In this document: positions 11,850 through 20,000 of the stretch, one piece after another | Position numbering within the stretch: the first letter of the stretch is position 1 | Layout of the letters: each line of letters opens with the position of its first letter | Assembly (NCBI GenBank): GCA_000697335.1 | Contig: JNEM01013820.1 | Location: 50,221-70,220 of the forward strand | DNA: 20,000 bases | Direction of reading: 5' to 3' | Source of the DNA: Conidiobolus incongruus B7586 | Taxonomy: Eukaryota | Notes under the pieces: model-generated | Databases searched by the model: none | Told to the model about the DNA's origin: nothing | The model's input: the letters and a program-made list of their open reading frames with translations, nothing else | Program-made: the position numbers and the translations under genes

Positions 11850-12103
11850 ATAAAACTGTTAAAAACCTACTAGATATTAATAACTATTTATATCAAACTT
11901 AATTATTGCTATTTTAAATTTTATCTATAATTTATTTCATTTAAGTTTAATACTATATATTATAATACTACTAAAAAAAAATACCTTTATATTATTTTAA
12001 TAATGATAATAATTTAATTACTAAGTAAATCTAAAACTTTAGTCTTTAAAAACTTACTACCCTCTAAGAAACTTATATTAGACAATTTTTGATAGAAAAA
12101 AAT

Positions 12104-12910
12104 ATGTCTTAAAGAGTTTAAATCTAACAAACCAGCTACTTTATTATAATTAATACATTAAACCACCTTTTTAGTGTTTTTAAAAACAAATTAACTACTT
12201 ATAATAGCTTAAAAAACCTTTACAAGCTTGAAAACTACCTTAAAAATATAAAGAATTATTTTAATTTGATTCTTAATTAAAATTTAAAGAATATCTTTAA
12301 ATTAGCTACTTTTTTTTTAGAAAAATTTGTTTATACTTGGTAATTAACTTATTATAAGTTTAATCCTAAAGAATTTTCAAGAGGATAACTTACTACAAAA
12401 ATACAAACTTTTAAACAATTGGAAAAAGCTTTTAAAGAGAGGTATTACCTAAAAAATCAAGTTTAATTAACAAGAGAAAAGTTTTCCTAGCTTAAATAAA
12501 AAACTTCTACAAAATAATTAATTGAGAAATTTAATGAGATATTTTTAAATATATTAAATATTACTAAAGAAGAATAAATCTACAAACTATTATAATACCT
12601 TAACTTTTAAGTAAAGCTTTAATTAGTTAGTAAGGAACACTTTGATAATATGTTTTTTTCTAATATTTATGATATAGTAATTATAATTGATGATATTTTT
12701 TACTTTATAACTAAATTTTCCTACCCTAAAAATTAATCTTTTAAACTTTACTTTAACCTACTTAAGTTTTAAATAATAGATGTTTCTGCTTTAAAGCTTT
12801 ATAAGAAAATCTTTAGTGAAGAAGCTAAAGCTTACTTGAAAATAAACAAAGGTTATTATTATTACTAAAGGACTTAAGTTAATTATAAAACTAACAAATA
12901 CCTTTTAAAA
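12104..12910 (+). pseudogene. gag region (retrotransposon Gag-like, with decayed zinc knuckle)
   Basis: Reads ATFFLEKFVYTW*...TFKQLEKAFKERYY.KNQV*LTREKFS*LK*, then IDVSAL, then GYYYY*RT*VNYKTNKY, in which the Cys/His positions now read Tyr. Confidence 0.75.
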
Positions 12911-13159
12911 AAGCAATATCTATTTAATTTTCAACAATCTTAACTTACCAACTATAAATTAAACTTGAATAATATTAATATAATTTTAGAATCACCCCTT
13001 TTATAATTAGTTAGTAGATTTTAATCTAATCTACAAAAGTTTTAATGAACCAATGATTCTATAAATTAAACTATGTATACTAAAGAAATCTAACTGATTA
13101 AACTATTAGAAACTAGAAATATTCTAGTAACTAATTTACCTTGTAATTTTTTACCTTTA

Positions 13160-13500
13160 ACTATTACCCTATTGTTTGTGTTAACTAATTTTTTTATAGA
13201 TATACTTGTTAGTGTTTTAATTAACTTTAGTTGTTTTAGTTGTATTATTTCTTTTTTTATTATTGTAAAGCTATCTTTACCTACTTAAAAAAGTAACTTA
13301 ATAATTAAATATACTAACAACTTAATAGAACAAACATCTAGTATTGTATTTAAATACTTATCACTACTTCTTAACTACTCTTAATATATTAAATTCCTAG
13401 TTAACAACATTAGTTATAATTTTATACTAGGTTAAAATTAGTTTGAATATCACAATTTTATATCTATAGATATTACCCTAGAAGGTTACAAATTTATTTT
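13160..13500 (+). pseudogene. Aspartic protease domain (decayed; boundaries approximate)
   Basis: VSVLINFSCFSCIIS restores to ..LIDSGC.. by transitions only (AAC TTT AGT from GAC TCT GGT at 13223-13231). Confidence 0.75.
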
Positions 13501-13769
13501 TTTCAGATTCTAAAAGAAATTAGTAGAATTAATCTTAAAAAATCTATATTACCCTACTATAAAACTATTAAATACTTTACTTAACACTAACTCTATAATT
13601 GTAGCAAATAATTTTATTATTATAAGTAAAAATTAATATAAAAAGCTAATTAAAAACTTAAATAATTTATAGGGATATATATTTGTTTATTATTCATCTA
13701 TTAACACTTTATCTATTGATTTTAATAAAGTTATATCTAATAACCACTTCTTATACAATATAGTGAGTT

Positions 13770-14480
13770 AATTTGCTAATGTTTTTAAACTTGTAAATAA
13801 ATTACCACTTAAATATAATATTAAACACAAAATTAAACTAATCCCTAGTATATAACTATATTTAAAACCTACTTACCATTTATCTCTTGAATAATACTAA
13901 ACCTTAAAAGAAGAAATCCAAAAACTATTTGAAAATAGGTATATTAGATTTTCTTCTTCACTATAAAAATCTCTAATCTTCTTTATATAAAAGGCTAATA
14001 GTAGTTAAAGATTATATATTGATAACTGTGTTTTAAACTCTAAAACTATTAAGGATAAAACTTTATTATTAAACCTATATAATGTTAAAGATAAACTACT
14101 TAGATCAACTATATTTATTAAACTAGATGTTAAGAATAAATATTACAACATTAAAGTTAGAGAAGATTCTATCCCTTTAACTATTTTCAACACTCTTTTA
14201 AGCTACTATAAATTTATTGTTATAAACTTTAAATTGTATAATACCCTTGTAACTTTTACTTAATTTATCAATTCCCTTTTTAACCTTGTTTTTAATAACT
14301 TTATTATCACCTACTTTAATAATATCTTAATCTATTTAAAAACTAAAGAAGAATATATTTAACATGTTAATTAGGTCTTATAAATTATTCAAGAATATAA
14401 ATTACCTTTGAAATTATCAAAATATATCTTTAGTGCCTCTTCTGTCTTTTTCTATAGTTATATTGTTTTCTCTTAAAGAA
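13770..14480 (+). pseudogene. Reverse transcriptase domain (decayed; boundaries approximate)
   Basis: FANVF..., YIRFSSSL*KSLIFFI*KANSS*RLYID (=YIRPSSSPW.SP.FFV.KADGS.RLCID), KLDVKNKYYNI and TYFNNILIY (=YLDDILIY). Confidence 0.92.
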
Positions 14481-14739
14481 TTAATATTGATTTAACTAAA
14501 CTCAATGGTGTTAAAGCTTTTACTATACTTATAAACAAAAATCAACTTATGTTTATATTTAAATTATTAAATTACTTTAAAGATTTCATTGATTCTTTTG
14601 TTGAATTTGTTACTCCTCTTACTAATTTTTTAAAGAAAGACTCTCTTTTTAAATAAACCCTACTATATACTTTCTACATAAATGCTTTAATTTTCTATAT
14701 TATTAATACTTTTGCTTTATCTATCTTTAATCTAAAACT

Positions 14740-15180
14740 ACCTACTATTATTTTTACTAACTCTAGTTTTTTTGCAATTAGTAAATAATTAACCTAGTTT
14801 GAATTTAATTTATATTTTACCTTATAACTATAGGATAAAATAATAAATAAAGGAAAATAAGTTGAGTTTAACTTTACAAATGTTACCTTAAAATTAATAA
14901 CATTCTGGTTAAGAAAAATAAAACCAGCTGAATTAAAATACCTAATTTATAAATAAAAACTCTTTGTTTTAGTAGAAATAATTAAAAATCACTTACATTT
15001 CTTATCCTACAATTTTTTTTTAGCACTTATAAATCATAAATCACTTATCTACTTAAATACTCAAAAGTATTTATTAAGAAGATAAGTTAAATAGATTAAA
15101 ACTATCCAAGCTTATTTTTTCTTTATTTAATATCTCTTAGGTTAATAAAACTATGTTGTAGATACTTTGTTAAAAAATCC
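14740..15180 (+). pseudogene. RNase H domain (decayed; boundaries approximate)
   Basis: IFTNSSFFAIS, FWLRKIKPAELKY (=FWSRKMKPAELKYP), INHKSL (=TDHKSL) and NYVVDTLL (=N.VADALS). Confidence 0.88.
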
Positions 15181-15449
15181 TACATATTTACCTTTTTATT
15201 CTAATTGTAAAAATCCAGCAAATATTAACTCAATAATTATTAATAAAGGAAATAAAAAATTTATTAAACTACTTTAAGAAACACTATTAAATAATAATTT
15301 CTTTATTTTTGTTAAAGAAAAACTCTTTAAACTATTAGAAAACCAACTAAAATATGTTAAAAAATTTAAAATTATCAATAACTTACTATATTATAATGAT
15401 TATCTATATATTCTTAACATTCTTAAAATTTAACAAACAATATTTAATG

Positions 15450-16480
15450 AATGTTATAACTTATTTGTTAGAGAACATCAAAACTAGTTAAAGACTGCTG
15501 AGAGAATTAAAACAAGGTATTACTAGCTTTCTTTAGTTAAATTAGTTTAGAAATACACTAATACCTGTGATATATGCTAAAGAATTAAATATAATACTCA
15601 ACTAAAATATGGTAAATTTATTCCCCTACAAGTCCCTAATGAAATTTAATAACAAATCCAACTTGATTTTATAGAAATCCTTAAATCAACAAATAGTTAT
15701 AATAACTTACTAATTACAATTGATTCATTTTCTAAATATGTTTATTTTATTCCTTGTTTCAAAACTTCTACAGCTAAAGATGTTACACAATTGTTATTCT
15801 CTAATATCTTTACCCACTATAAAATTCCACAAACTATTGTATTTGATAGAGATGTACAATTCAACTCTTAATTCTAAAAGTCACTATCTTTTTCTTTTAA
15901 AATTAACCTAGTTATATTTACTACTAATCATCACTAAACCAATAAACTTGTTGAAAAAACTATTAAAACCTTGAAGTAAATGATTAAAACTTATATTAAC
16001 ACTAATCAGTTAAATTAAGATACTTATATCTATTAACTCTAATATTCATTTAACACCTTTATTAATAAATCAACAGGTTTTAGCCTTTATTTTATTAATT
16101 ATAACAAATACCTTAACTTAATAATTACTCTAAAACTTCAAATCAACTTACCTTTAGACATTGTTGAATTTTAATCTAATATCAAACATATTAATTCTCT
16201 TGTTAAATTTAACTTAGAAGAAAATTAAAGGATCATAGAATAACAATACTTAAAGTTATTTAAAAACCCTCTTAAATATAAAACTGGTATGTTTATATAC
16301 TTAGAACAATTTACCCTTAAACTTACCTTACTTAAATCTAGCTTAAATCCCAAATACTTACTATTATATTATAGTCCTTATAAAATTTAATCTATTGATT
16401 TAAATTTTGAAAATATTACCTTAGAATTACCTTTAACTTTAAGGATCAACCCTACCTTTCATATATTTAAAATTAAACTA
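15450..16480 (+). pseudogene. Integrase with HHCC zinc finger, DDE core and GPY/F module (decayed; boundaries approximate)
   Basis: TCDIC*R, IQLDFI, IDSFSK, IPQTIVFDRDVQFNS, NHH*TNKLVEKT, YYSPYKI (=GPY) and INPTFHI. Confidence 0.92.
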
Positions 16481-16549
16481 TACTTTGAAAATTTTAACAC
16501 TTTTCTTAATTGATTAAAAACCCCAAAACTAGATTCAATTATTAATTAA

Positions 16550-16710
16550 GATAGAGAAGAAGAATACTATATTAATTATATAATTAAGTTTAAATTTGTT
16601 AGGAATAAACTTTATTTTTATATAAAATAGATAGGTTATTTTATTAAAGAAGCTACATAAGAACCTCTAGAAAATATTAAGAATACTTTAGCTTATTATA
16701 CCTATTTGTA
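16550..16710 (+). pseudogene. C-terminal chromodomain of integrase (decayed)
   Basis: DREEEYYINYIIKFKFVRNKLYFYIK*IGYFIKEAT*EPLENIKN corresponds to EEY.V..I....Y.VKW.GY...EATWEP.EN. Both Trp codons are converted to TAG/TAA. Confidence 0.9.
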
Positions 16711-16748
16711 AAAAAATTAAAGAGTATGTCTCCTTTAAAAAACCCACT

Positions 16749-16755
16749 AGGGGAG
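16749..16755 (+). other. Polypurine tract remnant
   Basis: AGGGGAG immediately precedes the 3' LTR and is a conspicuous G run in an otherwise G-poor element. Confidence 0.8.
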
Positions 16756-17155
16756 TATTAAAAGACTAGTTCTTTAAATTCTTATATATACTTTTATATA
16801 ATCCAATTAACTATTAATTATATAATTAATTTATACTTATATAATTAAATTAATTGTATAAATAGTATTAAATCATTTAATAAATTAGGTTCCTCTTTTT
16901 TCTTCTTAATTCTTATTATTTTTTACTTTTACACTATTTCTAAGATTGAAACTATATTCTATTAATATTGTAGGATATTAGCACTACCTAATATAAATCT
17001 TAATATATTAGTGACTCATCCTAGTTTGAAGCTTAATTAAACTTTGTTTACACTTGCACACTACAGCCACATTATATTACCACATTCTACACCACACTAC
17101 TTTTATATTAAGTTTTCCTCTGCACTATATTAGTTTAACTACCACTACACTTACA
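16756..17155 (+). repeat. 3' LTR (400 bp; termini TA...CA)
   Basis: Runs TATTAAAAGACTAG...CACTTACA. Starts immediately after the PPT and is followed directly by the TSD copy. Confidence 0.95.
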
Positions 17156-17160
17156 AAAAT
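17156..17160 (+). repeat. Target-site duplication, right copy (AAAAT)
   Basis: Abuts the terminal CA of the 3' LTR and is identical to 11434-11438. Confidence 0.85.
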
Positions 17161-20000
17161 AATCCTATTTATATATTTTAATAAATATTTTATTTATAAA
17201 AAAATCTTAATTTTTATAATAGATTATAATAATCTATATTATTTTAATTTAATATTTGAAATAAAACCAATTAATAATAAGTTTGATTATTTTAAATAAA
17301 AAAATACTTTTAATTGATATTTTTAATATAATTTAAAAATATCTGTTATTTTACATAATAATTATAAAATATATTTTAATTTATAAAAAATATTTTGTTT
17401 AAATATAATTAATAGAAATTAATATATTTAATTTATTTATAAGATTATTTTTTTTTAAAATATTATAAAATCAGCATATTAGACAGAAAATTTTTATAAT
17501 TATAATTAATTAATAAAATATAAAGTCAAGTTTTTAATAAAAAAAGGTTATTTTTCATTCGTTAGAAGTTTGCCAAAAATATTGCAAAAAATCATAAATA
17601 ATAATAAATAATATTGTTTTAAAATATATATTTATTTTTGTAATATATTTAGATTAAAACCTTTATTTATATTTAATATTAAGAAAATCTTATTATTTAA
17701 AATCCAAAGTAATTATTGAAAAATTATTTTTGAATTTTATAGTTCAATTATTAATTATAAATATTAATTTATCAAAAACTATAGTAAAGTAATCAATACT
17801 AATGAATAGCATGTTTTTTGATAATATTTGTTAATATAGAATAATTAAAAAAACTATCAAAAATCAATTAAAAATATATCTTAAATTTCAATAATAATGT
17901 ATAAATAGATATCCAAGATATATAAAACAATATAATAGTTATTATACCCTAGGTTTTCTATAAATAAAATATTTAATATTATTTGGGCTATAATTATTAT
18001 TTTAATTTTTTTATAAATTTTTTAAATATTATAAATATATTTCATTTTTTGGTTAAATAATATTTTTTAAATAATCAAATTAATTCTTGTTAATTAAAAT
18101 TTATTATTTAATTCCTAGAAAAATTTAATATATTAAACAAAATATTATTGAATCTTTTATATCAATTATTAACTTTTTTTGGTTGAGCAAATAATTTAAA
18201 TTTATCTTTAAATAATCATTTCCACCATTTTAAAAAATTAATTTAATCTTTTGTTATGGAATATTATAAATCATTTTCGCCATAAATTTAGGATATAACT
18301 TGATGGATAGAATAGATTAATTATATATTAATAAATAATAATATAACATTTTTTAATAAATATTGAATTTTAAAATTATTTTGTTTATAATTAATTTTAA
18401 AAATTAAATTAATATTAGAATATTATAAATAAAATTTATTATTTTAAAAACTTAAAATAATATCCAAACTTTTATTAAAAATATCAACTTTCAAATAAAA
18501 TATTAAATTTTATTTTAAAATTCACAAAATATTACTATTTTATGATTTATTTCTTAATTATTATATTATTATTAAAAAATTTACTTAATATATATATTAT
18601 AAGTTATATTGATTAAATCTTTCAATAATCAGAAGATAATTTAATAATTAATCTTAGTTAAATAAAATATATAATAAAATATAAAACAAATATCAAAATA
18701 TAATTAATTAATAATATATTAATCTTAACCAATATTTTACAAGCTTATTGTTTCCAAAGTTATTATTAAAGATAATAAAATTAATAAAATTTAATAATAT
18801 TAATTATGCAAACTTTTATAAATTATTAATAAATATATATTTATCAAAAGTATTTTTATTATTATAGACAAAATATATATCAAATTATATCAATCAAAGT
18901 GATAACATTATTGATTTTATTATTTGAGAAGGATCTTAAAAATTTTATAATATAGTTTGAGCCTAGCTTATTATTCATTTTAATTAATTTTACTAGAACT
19001 TAGCATTAATTGATTTTGTTTTTAAATTAATGTATTTTTTTCAAAAGATTTAATCTCAGTACTTTTCAAGTCTTATTTAAATTTGTGTAAATGTCGAATT
19101 GCAATATAGTTTAATACATATAAGTCATTTCTTTCATAGATAATATTTTATTAATCACGAATTATTGATATTATTATAAATGCTATTATTTACAAAGTTC
19201 ATGAAATAAATATATTTCTTCGGTTGAATCATGATATTTAACTGCACATTATCATATGATTAATTTCATGATTCAAATATTTTCTGAAAACTATTAGATA
19301 TATCAATTTTCTTGATATCTTTTCTAAAAACACTGATTCATCAATTTTGATTTAATAGTAGAGATTGGTGAAATTTAATGCTTTATTATCATTCTGTATC
19401 ATAAGATAGATATACAGAATTTTTATCTATTAATGGTCATAAATGGTGTTAATATTCTTATTGTAACTTGTCGCTATTCCATCATAGTTATTCAAAATCA
19501 TATATTGTTTAATAATTTTACATTTCAAGTATCATATTGAGCTGACGCTATCCGAATATGGAGATTCTAGTTAATCTATTAGAGTTCAATATTTTCGTAG
19601 CATATAACACAGCATTTGATTCAATAAAGCACATCATCACATTTGCTATCATAATCATTATATTTAACTTTTAGTGTCTTGGGCAATCTTAACTGAAATC
19701 AATTATCAATTTAAGGAATTGTGTGTGATTTTAAATGAACAAACTCAATAATCATAAGAGGGATCTATAATCAAATTTATTACCTCTTGAGTATTCACTG
19801 GTTTTATACAAGCTAAATTTGTAAAAAGAGCTTTCTTACTGCAAACTTACTGTTCTCACTAGGAATTTTATTAATACTATCAAGTTAACTGCACAAAATA
19901 TTTATAAGAAAGATATTTATATATTTTAAATTATTAAGATTCTATAATTATTGTAATATTATCTTAAACCAAATTTTAAAATATAAGGTTATATATTTAT

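Larger units (their letters stand above)
12104..16720 (+). pseudogene. gag-pol polyprotein pseudogene (single frame, many premature stops; true start and stop approximate)
   Basis: ATG at 12104. All of these anchors are in that frame: zinc knuckle 12854, protease LINFS (=LIDSG) 13223, RT YFNNILIY (=YLDDILIY) 14312, RNase H FTNSS (=TDSS) 14759, integrase TCDIC 15566, LVEKT 15953 and chromodomain 16550. Confidence 0.92.
11439..17155 (+). mobile_element. Full-length Ty3/Gypsy (Metaviridae) chromovirus LTR retrotransposon, 5717 bp, inactivated by C>T/G>A hypermutation
   Basis: Two 400-bp direct repeats, identical 5-bp flanks (AAAAT), a PPT before the 3' LTR, and decayed gag, PR, RT, RNase H, integrase and chromodomain motifs in Gypsy order (IN after RT/RH). 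Confidence 0.96.

Noticed and set aside
15720..15911. 63-aa ORF
   Set aside because: Off-frame shadow of the decayed integrase core.
12104..16720. Alternative genetic code (TAA/TAG = Gln) making gag-pol intact
   Set aside because: Host genes end in TAG/TAA, stops also replace Trp, and catalytic Asp residues are lost (YLDD>YFNN, DSG>NFS).
17054..17299. 81-aa ORF
   Set aside because: Crosses the 3' LTR/flank junction and is low complexity.

Overview
This is a very AT-rich eukaryotic window, most likely fungal. The evidence is two ~55-nt GT-AG introns and a fungal-type complex I subunit. An early-diverging lineage such as Entomophthoromycotina is my inference only. Two intact host genes are present: a three-exon HSF-type DNA-binding transcription factor (4512-5485, +; the ORF track misses exons 1-2) and an intronless NDUFA8-family complex I subunit (9121-9597, -). 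The NDUFA8 homologue has lost one matched pair of CX9C cysteines. The main hidden feature, invisible to the ORF track, is a structurally complete 5.7-kb Ty3/Gypsy chromovirus (11439-17155, +). It has two 400-bp LTRs, an AAAAT target-site duplication, a decayed PBS, a PPT and one gag-PR-RT-RNaseH-IN-chromodomain frame. The frame shows no net frameshift but is destroyed by C>T/G>A transitions. By-eye LTR alignment gives 27 transitions, 1 transversion and 0 indels, all in CpA/CpT context, with a polarity towards the element interior. This points to a RIP-like, repeat-directed hypermutation system.
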